NCBI GenBank assembly: GCA_964016885.1
Contig: OZ024756.1
Coordinates: 31,248,001-31,312,000, forward strand
Direction: 5' to 3'
Length of the DNA: 64,000 nucleotides
Origin: Eledone cirrhosa
Taxonomy: Eukaryota
How positions within the stretch are numbered: position 1 is the first letter of the stretch; every line of letters starts with the position of its first letter. Shown piece after piece: positions 27,756 to 42,960 of this stretch. Below the pieces are notes generated by a model. That model was not told where the DNA came from. It made no database searches and saw only the letters and a list, made by a program, of their open reading frames with translations. The translations under genes were made by a program, and so were the position numbers.

Positions 27756-28220
27756 GTGTTATATCAGAGTTTTCCTTCTAGAATTCTGCCTTGACAAAGG
27801 CTAAGGGGTCATCTCTCCCGGTGATTTTGGATGGCCATTGACTCTTAAGAGCTCCTTTGCCCTTTGACAGGTTTTGTTTTTAGTCCTGATGGTATCCAAT
27901 GATGTTAACTTTTTCTTCTTTTTGGTAAATATCATCTTGGTTAAGAGAGTGGGACTGGCTTTGTGCAGTGCCTTTGCTCACTATAAAAGCTTCACGGCAC
28001 AGGCATTGCTTTATATCTGGAGATCTCTCTGCATTTGTCGTCACATGGTACCATAGGCCTAGCACTATGTGTCAATAATTGTCACAAGTGTAGTGTTTGT
28101 ACCAGAGCTTTCAAGTCGCTGGCTGGACTAGAAAGTCACTCGTTCAGCGCATCGGTAGGGGTTCTCCTACATGGATATAAAGTAGTGGCCGTACTCGAAA
28201 ACGAGTTGGCAGCCACCATG
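27756..28220 (+). mobile_element. RTE-derived family R copy with inverted 5' segment (27756-27888)
   Basis: Inverted part matches 47975-48110; forward part encodes CSVCTRAFKSLAGLESH (RTE-type C-terminal zinc finger remnant); (TATG)n tail. Confidence 0.88.
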
Positions 28221-28245
28221 TATGTATGTATATATCTATCTATAT

Positions 28246-28289
<44 letters not shown>

Positions 28290-28391
28290 GTGTGTGTGTA
28301 TGTGTGTAGGTGCATGTGTGTGATTGTGTGTCTGTGTGTGTGCCTAGATGTGTGTGTTTAGGTGTGTGTGTGTGTGAGTGCGTGTGTGTGT

Positions 28392-28495
<104 letters not shown>

Positions 28496-28540
28496 GTGTG
28501 TGTAGTTACATATACAAAGAAGGTGTGGTAAGATACCAGA

Positions 28541-28780
28541 TTAATGTTCAGAGCCATCCTCAGCATTCTCGTGTAGCACCCATCCACCATCCAGAGTTGA
28601 CATTGCACTCAGTGCTCCTGTGTGAGCCCCTACATGGACACACTGGAAGAGGAAGACCAAGGTTAACGTATGTTGATGCCCTAAGGACAGACACTGGTCT
28701 GTTGGAGACGCAGGACATGGCAGCGATAATGAGGGACAGAGACTCGTCCATGGACCTCGGGAATTTTACCCGCCCTAGAG
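28541..28780 (+). mobile_element. RTE-clade LINE 3' end with inverted 5' piece
   Basis: Plus strand HPELTLHSVLLCEPLHGHTGRGRPRLTYVDALRTDTGL; minus strand VDGCYTRMLRMALNI; both are RTE ORF C-terminal motifs. Confidence 0.85.
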
Positions 28781-29089
28781 ATATATGCGTGTATATATAT
28801 ATATATATCAGTAATACAGATTAAATGTTGGATTTGTATGTATTATTACTATATATAAATATGTGTGTGCTTGTGTGTGTGTGTGTGTAATGTATATGTA
28901 TATATATTTATATGTGTATGTGTGTTGAATAATGAAAACAATGGGCGAAGTTTAGTTATTAATCAGTTATTAATTGTTTTACGATCGTTTCAGAAGGTTG
29001 ATATATCGTTGATATATCGTTTCAGAAGATCATGATATATCTACATAGTGACTAATCAATAGTAGTGATGTAACTCCATGATATTAGCT

Positions 29090-29308
29090 TCAATCTCTGG
29101 TGGTCAGGGTCGCTGTGGCCTTTTAATGGGCTTTCTCCACAAATGTCCCTCGGAAGTCTCCCCCCTATTGGGGAATTTTTCATTGTTATTTTTTTATTAC
29201 ATCCTCTGTTTTTTTTACACGCAGAAATGCCCATTTGTACCGTCCTGTATTGTCCTGTACTGTCCTTAATGTCTACTTTATGTAAACCCTTGTGGTTAAT
29301 AAAGAAAG

Positions 29309-29358
<50 letters not shown>
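29090..29358 (+). mobile_element. Probable LINE 3' UTR
   Basis: Ends CCCTTGTGGTTAATAAAGAAAGC plus (ATT)n; similar end TGTATTGTCC...CCCTTGTGG at 24392-24423. Confidence 0.45.
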
Positions 29359-29362
<4 letters not shown>

Positions 29363-29946
29363 TATCTTTATCGCCATTATAATCATAGCACACGTATCTA
29401 TCTAAAGCGAAAAGACAGCCATAGGGGTAGAGCGAAAAATCAATTATTTCAATTACATGCTGTATTGATTATTCAACAATTTGTTTGTTTTTACATTTGT
29501 TTGCTTAGTTTTTGTTTGTTTATTTATTTATACATTTATATATTTATTTATTTATTCATTTATTTATCGATTTATGCGTCTCTCCTATTGTATTATTTGT
29601 TGTATTTATTGAAAAATATGAAATATTGTGGTGAGGTTTTTTTTTGCTTTGTTTTTATCTTTTGTATTGTTTTTTTTTTTGCTTTGTTTTTATCTTTTGT
29701 ATTGTTTTTTTTTATTATTTCTTCCATTTTCTTTTTCAGATTTCTTTTTTCTTTTGTTTTTTCTTGTTTTGTTTTTTTTTTTCTTTTCTAAACCAAAATA
29801 TAACTGGAAGACGTTGTCACAGGTAGAGAGATAAGAAGGTGTGAGGCAGGTAGAAAGGGAAGGGGGGAGTGAAGCCTGTAAAAGAAAGTCATGTGAAAGA
29901 TATATTTATGTATGTACATATATATATATGTATATATACATATATA

Positions 29947-30036
<90 letters not shown>

Positions 30037-30323
30037 TATATATCTATATATGAATATACAGAGAGAGAGAGATTATATATATATATATATATAGGGAGAG
30101 AGAGAATGAGAGGCGAGTGGAGTGGACAATAGAAGAAGTGGGGGGCTTGAGATACAGACATGTGAAAAGGATGTATATATATATATATATATATACATAC
30201 AGAGTGCGAGGGAGAGAGAGAGGGGGAGAGAGAGAAGAACATAGAGAGCTGGGATGACAGAATTGAAGACGTAACGATGCGACGAAAAGAGGGGAGAAGG
30301 GAAAATACAGAGAGAGAACAGGA

Positions 30324-30445
<122 letters not shown>

Positions 30446-30491
30446 AAAAGAAAGAAAGAGAGAAAGAAAAAAGAAAGAAAAAAAGGAAGAC

Positions 30492-30529
<38 letters not shown>

Positions 30530-30581
30530 GAAGAAAGAAAGAGAGAAAAAGAAAGAAAGGAAGACAGAAAAAAATAAAGAG

Positions 30582-30618
<37 letters not shown>

Positions 30619-31081
30619 AAAGAAAGAAAGAGAGAGAAAAGAAAGAAAGAAAGAAAGAAAGAAAGAAAAAAAGAAAGAGAGAGAGAAAGAAAGAAAAAAG
30701 AAAGAAAGAAAAAAGTAAGAAAGAAAAGAGAAAGAAAAAAGGAAGACAGAAAGAAATAAAGAGAGAAAGAAAGAAATAAAGAGAGAAAAAAGAAAGAAAG
30801 AAAGAGAGAAAGAAAGAAAAAAGAAAGAAAGGAAGACAGAAATAAAGAAAGAAAGAAAGAAAGGAAGAAAGAAAGAATGAATGAAAAAAAGAGGTAATTA
30901 TAAATTTATGCTAAGCTTTCATTCTCGAGAATCTTTCGTCCTACAGCAAAATTATTTCCGCCCCCCCCCCCCCCCCCCCGCCACCTCCTACTACTTCTTC
31001 ATCATTACAATCATCGCCATCTTTATCTTCATCACTAATATCACCATCAACCACATTAAACATCACTAGAACCATAACAAA

Positions 31082-31132
<51 letters not shown>

Positions 31133-31278
31133 TACCAATATAATTGTTATAAGCATCACCATTATCATCATTATCACCGTCATTATCATCATCATCATCG
31201 TCGCCATCGTCGTCATCATCATTATGATCAACGGCATCAACATCATAATCATCACTATCATCATCATCATCACCATCA

Positions 31279-31309
<31 letters not shown>

Positions 31310-31389
31310 TATCATCATTTCTTCGATTTCTTTCATCGTGGCAATCAGCTTGATCGGTGTGATAAAGGTCGTTGGCACCATCTTTATCA

Positions 31390-31810
31390 TCATCACCGCC
31401 ATCACCACCCCGTCACCGCCATCACCACCCCATCACCACCCCCTCACCGCCATCACCGCCATCACAACCACCACCCCATCACCACCCCATCACCGCCATC
31501 ACCACCATCACCGCCATCACCACCCCATCACCGCCATCACCGCCATCACAACCCCATCACCGCCATCACCACCATCACCGCCATCACCGCCATCACAACC
31601 ACCACCGCCATCACCACCCCATCACCGCCATCACCACCATCACAACCCCATCACCGCCATCACCACCATCACCGCCATCACCACCGCCATCACCACCCCA
31701 TCAACGCCATCACCACCATCACCGCCATCACCACCCCATCACCGCCATCACCAACCCATCAACGCCAACACCGCCACCACCACCACCACCGCCACCACCA
31801 CTACCATCAC
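31390..31810. repeat. (CATCACCGC/CATCACCAC)n 9-bp-based minisatellite
   Basis: Directly visible; explains His/Pro-rich ORFs. Confidence 0.9.
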
Positions 31811-31866
31811 CTCTACAATCTAATCATTGTAAGATATTTTCCAAATGGATCGTTTGTTTTTTGTGA

Positions 31867-31932
<66 letters not shown>

Positions 31933-31935
31933 TAG

Positions 31936-31977
<42 letters not shown>

Positions 31978-31997
31978 TAGATAGATATATATATTTA

Positions 31998-32167
<170 letters not shown>

Positions 32168-32173
32168 TACATA

Positions 32174-32270
<97 letters not shown>

Positions 32271-32320
32271 GTGTATATGTGTGTGTGTATTGGGCTGTAC
32301 ATATCTATATATACATGCAG

Positions 32321-32394
<74 letters not shown>

Positions 32395-32396
<2 letters not shown>

Positions 32397-32496
32397 CGAA
32401 GGAAATGTGGTAAGGAACCAGGTGGACCATAACGCACCAAAGTACTCAATACTTAGGGTAGTAGAGTGGGTAATAGGAACGAGTTACTCGTTCCTA
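32395..32496 (-). mobile_element. Family A tail copy with short terminal palindrome
   Basis: AACGAAGGAAATGTGG...TAGGAACGAGTTACTCGTTCCTA. Confidence 0.88.
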
Positions 32497-32528
32497 TATA
32501 TATGTATATATATAATCATCACTATCAT

Positions 32529-32559
<31 letters not shown>

Positions 32560-32619
32560 TCCATCATCATCATCGTCGGTCGTCGTCGTCGTTATCATCA
32601 TTTCTTCGATTACGTTCAT

Positions 32620-32732
32620 CAAATCCCGCCGAGGTTAACTTTGCCTTTCATCCTTACAGGGGGTCGATAAAATAAAGTACCAGTAATGCACTGGGGTAAT
32701 TGCTGGCCTTGTGCCTAAAGTAGAAACAATTA
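32620..32732 (+). mobile_element. 5'-truncated S1 SINE
   Basis: Starts at the B-box remnant CAAATCCCGCCGAGG. Confidence 0.85.
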
Positions 32733-32945
32733 TAGAACACAGACAGTCACCAGCGCCATCTTCAGTGCCATCATTAACACCAACGCCGTAAGAGTCATTT
32801 TAACCATCACCATCACCATCACAATCACCAACGATATGATACATCATCATCATCATCATCATCGCCATAACACAATTAACTATCCAACATTCTGCAAGAT
32901 CTATGGTAACCTGAAATAACGCGCGAGGATTACAGAGCTCTGTTG

Positions 32946-32986
<41 letters not shown>

Positions 32987-32997
32987 ATATACATATA

Positions 32998-33155
<158 letters not shown>

Positions 33156-33243
33156 TGTGTTGCCACCATTAGTGGTTTTTAACTGTTTAAGCCGGATTAT
33201 CTTCACGGATAAAGACCGTAATCACCTGCACGATATACATACA

Positions 33244-33366
<123 letters not shown>

Positions 33367-33623
33367 ATATATATATATAAATGGAAAAAATGAAACGAAA
33401 TTTCATTTCTCACTCTTACTACTGCTGTTACTTAAATATAAGTATGTATACGTACTTACATATATGTATACAGACATACAGTAGTATGTATATATATATA
33501 CATACATGCACACACATATATATATGTACGTATGGATTTACCGAACATTTATTATAATGCTCGGTTTGTTTGTAATAAGGAAAGTATAACTTTGAGTCGT
33601 TCAATCATCTGGCAGGAAGGTAT

Positions 33624-33666
33624 ACGGTGCTGACGATAGCTAATAAGCTTGAAACTAGTACATCGT
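33624..33666 (+). ncRNA. Minimal hammerhead ribozyme motif inside a ~140-bp inverted repeat
   Basis: ACGGTG CTGACGA t AGCT-aata-AGCT t GAA ACTAGT A CATCGT: 6-bp helix I, intact core. Confidence 0.8.
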
Positions 33667-33873
33667 TCCTTTGTCAGCGTTGAACAAAAGGGCAACGATG
33701 GTTGCTAAACACTGTACTGTTTAATTCTGGATGTTTGTTTACAAACAAACCGAGCATTATAATAAATGTTCGGTAAATCAATACTTACATATATATATAT
33801 GTGTGCATGTGTGTATATATATACATACTACTGTATGTCTGTATACATATATGTATGTACGTATACATACTTA

Positions 33874-33936
<63 letters not shown>

Positions 33937-34222
33937 ATATACACACACATATATATACACACACACAGATACACACACACAAACATATATATATATATAT
34001 ATACCTGAAACTAATTTGAAGTTATATATTTGTCTAAAAAGAACGTATAATATATTATGCAGAAGAGCTAAATCTATATCCTACATTTCTATATTAGTAT
34101 ATTAATATATTATACTATGCTAGAAATAGACGTGTCCACAATATTTGAAAACTGTCGAAAATTCCACCATCTTTATACTGTCGTATCATGATTGCACATA
34201 GATTCACTGTTTGTCACCCTTC

Positions 34223-34325
<103 letters not shown>

Positions 34326-34360
34326 GTGCATATATATATGTATGTATGTATATATATATA

Positions 34361-34674
34361 TATAGTGAGCAAAGGCACTGCACAAAGCCAGTCCCACTCT
34401 CTTAACCAAGATGATATTTACCAAAAAGCTCACTATAAAAGCTTCACGGCGCAGGCATTGCTTTATATGTGGAGATCTCTCTGCACTTGTCGTCACATGG
34501 TATCATGGGCCCAGAACTGTGTGTTAATAATTGTCACAAGTGTAGTGTTTGTACCAGAGTTTTCAAGTCGCTGGCTGGACTAAAAAGTCACACTCGTTCA
34601 GCGCATCGGTAGGGGTTCTCCTACATGGATATAAAGTAGTGGCCGCACTCGAAAACGAGTTGGCAGCCACCATG
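34361..34674 (+). mobile_element. Family R copy with inverted 5' segment (34361-34428)
   Basis: TATAGTGAGCAAAGGCACTGC... is the reverse complement of the family body, then forward from GCTCACTATAAAAG. Confidence 0.88.
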
Positions 34675-34727
34675 TATGTATATATATATATAAAATTAGA
34701 ATTGGTGCTCTGAAATAGCGATGTATA

Positions 34728-34886
34728 TATGGACACACTAGAAGAGGAAGACCAAGGTTAACGTATGTTGATGCCCTAAGGACAGACACTGGTCTGTTGG
34801 AGACGCAGGACATGGCAGCGATAATGAGGGACAGAGACCGCTGGAGAGAACTCGTCCATGGATCTCGGGAATTTTACCCGCCTTAG
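34728..34886 (+). mobile_element. RTE-clade LINE 3' end
   Basis: Near-identical to 28634-28780; followed by (AGAT)n; tail-only copy at 40425-40453. Confidence 0.85.
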
Positions 34887-35074
34887 ATAGATAGATAGAT
34901 AGATAGATATATGAATGTATATATAGTGTATTTGGTAATACACTGTATGCTTAATTAAAAGCATTTTGAAGACCTTACGCTATTGTTTTAAAGTAGCGAC
35001 TATGTCACTTACTTGAATTACTGGAATTCTATATGAATCCAGCATTCATAATTTTCAACAAACAAGTGGAGTGC

Positions 35075-35122
35075 TGAGCTCTGAGGAATACCAAGAGTAT
35101 GAAACAGAGATCTGTCAGCTTA
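35075..35122 (+). ncRNA. Hammerhead ribozyme motif inside a ~104-bp inverted repeat
   Basis: TGAGCT CTGAGGA ATAC-caaga-GTAT GAA ACAGA-ga-TCTGT C AGCTTA: intact core, GUC triplet, 6-bp helix I. Confidence 0.8.
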
Positions 35123-35276
35123 TCTCCCTTTGTTTCTTCAACAAAGAAGTAAGTGACATAGCGACTACTTTAAAACAATAGCGTAAGGTCCTCAAAATGC
35201 TGTTAATTAAGCATACAGTCTATTACCAAATACACTATATATACATTCATATATATATATGTGTGTGTGTACACAC

Positions 35277-35362
<86 letters not shown>

Positions 35363-36109
35363 GCAGTAACTTCATAAAAACATACATACATACCTACTTA
35401 CATACATATATGCATATTTAAATATATACACAAACACACACACACATATAAATATGCAGACACACGTCTTTATACATACATATATATGTGTGTGTGTGTG
35501 TGTGTATGACATATATATATATATCATATATATACATATGTGATATATATATGTATATATATAAATATGTCTGTGTATCTGTCTATATACTTATATGTTT
35601 ATACAAATCTGACGTATGATGTATGTATAAAGCGAATAAGTAATTCCTCTAACAAATTTATCGTTATTCTATCCTAATACTTTGATATTTTTACATAAAA
35701 GCAATCATCCAACCTAATGTCTATCAATCTTTTATTTCTTTTCCTAGTTTTCCTCTTCTCGGAGACATTTTTTCACTCGGTTTTAGAAAGCGGACAGTGA
35801 AACCTAATCTTTCATCAGGATGAAAGGAAATCGTGGTCATGTTAAACTACCATTCACAGCTACACAGCTACACAGCTACACAGCTACACAGCTACACCTA
35901 TCCTCGTTCATATTATATCACACATAATACGACTATCATTCTGGTTCACGATTCAGACCCAACATGTGTCATTTCGAGAATATTCTCATCATTTCCCACC
36001 CTTTCAGCTTCCTTTAGATGGCTGCTAAATCGATTGTTTTCTCAAGAGAAAAACCAACTAAATTCAGTGTTTCGAAATCAGTTCAATGCTCTAATTATCA
36101 TCATAATAA

Positions 36110-36700
36110 TAATTGTTTATACGCTTGATACAAGGCCAGATATTACCCCCAGTGCATTACTGGTGCTTTATTTCATCGACCCCGTAAGGATGGCAGGCAA
36201 AGTTAACCTCCGTGGGATTTGAACTTACGCCGTAAAAGGCCGTTTATCTATGCTCCAAAGTATGTCGTCCGACCCTCTACTGATACTGCGAATCCACCAC
36301 CAATCATAGAAATATTAATAATAATATGGCAGAATTGGTAGAGCGTCGGACGCCATATTTCGTAGCATAGAGTTACGTCCCTTTACTTTCAGATATTAAA
36401 TACCGCCGAGGTTAGCTCTGCCTTTCATCCTTACGGGTTCGATGAAATATAGCACCAGTAATGCACTGGGATAATTGCTGTCCTTGTGCCAAAATTAGAA
36501 ACATTATTATCATCCACATGGCGGATCGGCAGTATCGGTAGAAGGTTCGACGCCATGCTTTGCAGCATAGAGAACACCCCTTTATGTTCTGAGCTCAAAT
36601 CCCGCCGAGGTTCATTTTGCCCTTCATCCTTACGGGGTCGATAAAATAAAGTACCAGTAATGCACTGGGATAATTGCTGGCCTTGTGTCAACAATTATTA
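36110..36700. mobile_element. Three S1 SINEs (36110-36300 -, 36327-36505 +, 36518-36700 +)
   Basis: Match to S1 consensus. Confidence 0.88.
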
Positions 36701-36719
36701 TCATTATCAATGTTTAGTT

Positions 36720-38080
36720 TGACTAGAAATAGCAATTTCTGTCATCGTACACATCTTCGTCGTCTGTTGTAAGGAAAGTAAGATTGTCTGAATCTAAATT
36801 TGTTTCAAAATGTGCTTGTTAAGGAAGCCAAATTCTTGCAATCATAGGCAATCCTAAACTGTACAATTCATGTAATATACAACAGTGATCCGCCATTTTT
36901 TTTTTTTTTTTTTTTTTTTGAACAGCAAATTAATTCTTTTTTTTTCAAACTCACACAACCCAGGTCTCATAAATGTTAAATAAAGTTCATTAGTTTTATT
37001 TGAGTATACAGCACGTTATTCCCTAATAGAATACTTGTTGCAATTAGAAGATGCAATTTGACAATGTATTTTAAATTGCACCCCAGTGGCTAAGTATTTT
37101 TTTTTTACATAGTTACTCCTCATATATCCTGTTGATGAAGTAGGTATCATTTAAAATGCTTCCTCACCATCGTTGATTAATTTATATATTTCCATGTAAG
37201 AGATTCTCTTTATAACTCTGATCTGTAGGAACCAGTTATAAGTTTCTCTTAACACATAGTCAATGTTATAAAGGTAATTATTCAGCACCATGGGAACAAG
37301 TTAAATGGTGTGAGTGGCAAATGCATTTTATGAGAAGCAACTCTCGACTATATAATTTCATTAATGTGCAAAGAGAATTAGTGTAGCTTGAAGCTGCGTC
37401 TGTTGCAATAGCGAAACAGTTTTTAATATAAATTCCCACATCACTTAAGGACGTTTTCACGACTCTCTACAACACCTTTGTAGAAATGTCTGTAACAGGA
37501 ATCTACCCTAAAATGTGTAATGCAATTGAATTTTGTCATTTATTGTAATATCCAGTATACACAAATAAATGCATTTTCGTAAGTAAAATCAGTTGGCTAC
37601 CATTATTCATGTCTTCAATTTGCCCTGTCAGTAAAAATGGAGCTATAACATTTTCATAAGTGCACTGTATTTTGTTCCTTGTAGTTTAAATCAGCTCCAG
37701 TTGGCATTGCAGGAATTCTTTTATTAATAAATTCTCCTAAATGACCGACACCACAAATACTTGCTTGACAAGTTCGAAATGTGCTCAAACTAGGGTTCTA
37801 ATTTTGTTATGTTGCTACTGGGAATAAAAAACATCGATAGTGTGTTTCAAATTTGAGTTATTGCATCGCTGTTTTCTTCCCTGTTTAGCTGAAGAACTCT
37901 GGTTTGTTAAATCGGTTCTGTGTGCTCTTATTTCAACAGGTTACATGTTACATAAATATTTAATGCTATCTGGGCTTCTTTCGTACTTTCTGCCAATTTG
38001 AAAATTGTGAATCAGTTATGTACAATTTTTGTAAGTTTTTATTGCAGTTAGACAAGCTTCCTCGTTGTAAAAACAGAAAT
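36720..38080 (-). pseudogene. Decayed hAT-superfamily transposase
   Basis: Minus-strand peptides in the expected order: IRAHRTDL, NVIAPFLL, AIATDAAS...LIKCICHSHHLTCS (catalytic D and CxxH motif), RETYNWF, EIYKLINDGEE, NELYLTFMRP..EFE, INLLF..ADH; many stops and frameshifts. Confidence 0.8.
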
Positions 38081-38128
38081 AAATTAAAACAATAATACTT
38101 AGTTTTTTTTCAATAAGCACAGGTATAT

Positions 38129-38280
38129 ATGTGTGAGTAAAAGGTTCGCTCTTCAACCAGGTAGTCCTTTGTTCAATTCCACTGCACGGCGGCATGAGAA
38201 AGCATCTTCTATTACAGTTGTGAGTTGACCAACGTATTGTAAGTGAAAATTGGTAGACGGAAACTGCAAACTCTCGTCGT
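38129..38280 (+). mobile_element. Diverged tRNA-derived SINE
   Basis: GTTCAATTCC B box, CATCTTCTATTACAG, tail TTGTAAGTGAAAATTGGTAGACGGAAACTG; tail fragment inverted at ~61636-61690. Confidence 0.65.
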
Positions 38281-38536
38281 ATGCATATGTATATGACTGT
38301 TATATCTCTCATAAGCTGTAATACATACCAGTTATACACTTAGGTTGTTTCAATTGAGGCTGTTTTTTTTCTTTCGCCCTACAACTTCGCAATTCTTATA
38401 TTTGATTAAGCCAGCAAAGTATGTCTCACAAAATATAAAATGTGACGGATATGTTAATAGTCAATTCTTTAAATATATATATACATACATACATATATAA
38501 GTAGATACATACATACACACTCACACACACACACAC

Positions 38537-38583
<47 letters not shown>

Positions 38584-38674
38584 TATATAGTAATAATAAT
38601 AAAATTGAAGACTAAAATCCAAAGAGGGCTCGATAAGGAAAATATATATCAAATATATAAGAACCATAGAGCAA

Positions 38675-40068
<1,394 letters not shown>

Positions 40069-40396
40069 TATACGTATACATATATTAGACGGCTTGCAAT
40101 GGAAATAATACATCAATGTTTTTTTTTTATTCCCAAGATGCTGCACCGTTTATTGCTGGTCATCAGAATAACTTGTCAATTAGGTAAGCTCTCTCCTCCC
40201 AGTTGTACAATTTCATACTTTAACTACATAAATAATTCCCTCGCTTGTAAAGTGAATGTCACTCTATATATCAGATAATTGGCGCAATATTTGGAGCTAT
40301 GATTCAACCCTTTCGTTTCCATATTCCTTATGAAAGACGTTGGCTTTTTGTTTCAATTTATTTTCAAAACAATCAAGACAATAAAGAGATTTGGTG

Positions 40397-40428
<32 letters not shown>

Positions 40429-41596
40429 ATCTCGGGAATTTTACCCGCCTTAGATAGAGATAGATATATATATATTAGGGTAAACATTGATGCAATTCAA
40501 TTCAAGCACTCAACGTTTTTTTTTATTCCCAAGATTTTGCACCGTTTATTGCTGGTCATCAGAATAACTTGTCAATTAGGTAAGCTCTCTCCTCCCAGTT
40601 GTACAATTTCGTCACTTTTCTTATTCTATATATATATATAACACTAAATCTCTTCATTGTCTTGATTGTTTTGATAATAAATTGAAACAAAATTCCAATG
40701 TATTTATATATATATATATATATATATTTGAAAAAATATTATATATATATATATATATATATGTTAATTTTGGTTAATTCCTAAGCCGAAATACGATTCG
40801 CGCTAATTTATATTTATAATATATATATATATATAACTATCCATCTCATTATTAAGCTGTCTTTTATCCAGACTATAACTTGACCAATTACATGCAATTA
40901 TGCTCAAGGCTTTCAGACAAATATAAACATTTTACAACATTATTCTTACTATACAGAATGTATCAAAACGCCTATATTTCAAAAGGCTATATTGTTTTGA
41001 AACAATACATGTCTGAATATAAGTTTTATTCTTATTTTATAACTTTTATAAATGTTTATAAAGTTATCTACACATTGAGCATTCGTGAAAATTGTAAATA
41101 TAATGGAATGATTCTTTTTAATAGACCCTGTATTTTTTGTGAGAGAAACTACCTATGAGTTCCAAATAATTTGAAAATAATCAAGCATTTCGAGAGATTT
41201 AGTAGTAAAGAAAGTTTCTCATTGTTAAGCTGGTATTTAGAAGATAACTTAAAAATGTTGCTTACATTAGATTATGTTGAAAGGCTTCTATAGATAAATA
41301 TAAACATTTTAGAAGAAACCGTTTTCTATTGTAGGACCAAGAATGTTTACAGATGGTTTGATATCAAATGAGTAATATCCTCTGTCGAATTTGTAGTAGT
41401 TTGTTGGAGAGTGAATGTGCTACGGGTGTTGTCATTGTCGTTGTTTTAGCCCCATATCAGCCCTGATTGTGTATAGCTATTATCAGAGAGGTTTTCATCC
41501 GTAATACCGTCTTGTTTTACATTTTGTATAACTATAACTACATTGTTTAATGTATGTTTCCTATGTTTTAAGTGTTTTAAGACGGTGAACTTTGAT

Positions 41597-41700
41597 TTGC
41601 TGACGGACTTATAGCTGTACTAATTCTCTCTGCACATTAATGAAATTATGTAGTCGAAAGTTGCCTCTCATAAAATGCATTTGCTTGTTACCATGGTGCT
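41597..41700 (+). mobile_element. Second fragment of the hAT transposase
   Basis: CTAATTCTCTCTGCACATTAATGAAATTATGTAGTCGAAAGTTGCCTCTCATAAAATGCATTTGC is the reverse complement of ~37317-37400. Confidence 0.75.
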
Positions 41701-42389
41701 ATTATAACTAGCAGGACAGGCACAACTATGAAATAGCCAATGATAACTCCTAATATTATCAATTCGTAAGAAGATCTCCGAAACCTATGTATATGTATAT
41801 CTAGGACTACATTGTCTAACGTATGCCTCCTATAGTTAAGACGGTAAAATATGTATTTTAGGAGAGTTTAACATGACATGCAACCATAAAAAGTCACCAA
41901 TAATTCTGATCCCTAATGTTACCAGTCGTGTAAACCCCTTAAACATATGGTATGTGAATCATCTGTCATTTCATTCACTTCCCGACATCTTGTCCCATAT
42001 ATTTCAGAAAGCTGTGCAAGTAGTTACGCGAATTTCTTAAAGGTAAGTTTCTGTATCATCGGAAAGATTATATGGTGATGGTGGGAGCATAATGGTGTCG
42101 GTAAAAGTAGCGGTGGTAGGATTGGTGGTGATGATTATGTTGATTTACACCCCACCCCCACATATATATATATATATATATAGAATGCTGTTAGCTTCTC
42201 GCTAAAACAATCTCTATACCTCTCATTTATATATATATATATATATATATATGAATTTTCATATGCTTACGTTTATACATACACACACACACATACACAC
42301 ACACATACACACACACATACACACACACATACACACACATATATATATTATATATATATATATAATATATATATATTATATATATATAA

Positions 42390-42445
<56 letters not shown>

Positions 42446-42446
42446 A

Positions 42447-42604
<158 letters not shown>

Positions 42605-42960
42605 ATATGCATACATATATGTGTATGTGTTTGTGTGTGTAAGTATTTATCTAAGTATCTTGATCAATCAATCACAGATATTTCAGACATGTAGTAAGTC
42701 CAAGTGTCGCCCAGAGCATTATGGGACCAGTCGGCCATATAATAAATAAAGATTATGCTTACTGAGACAAACTAATCCGATTTAGCTATTCATTTCACGG
42801 AGAAGATAGAAGACATTTGAATATTCTTCACCTTTGGTTCCTATATCAGAATCAGTGAATGGTTAGAGTCACTGATACCATGTCATTGGAATAGATGAAT
42901 GGTTATTTCTAGATTCTTTCATTTCATTGTCTGTTACTCGAGCAAACACAATGGAATTTC

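Noticed and set aside
40860-41400. Further hAT C-terminal coding remnant (RLSD.INIL-like motifs)
   Set aside because: Too degenerate to support without an alignment
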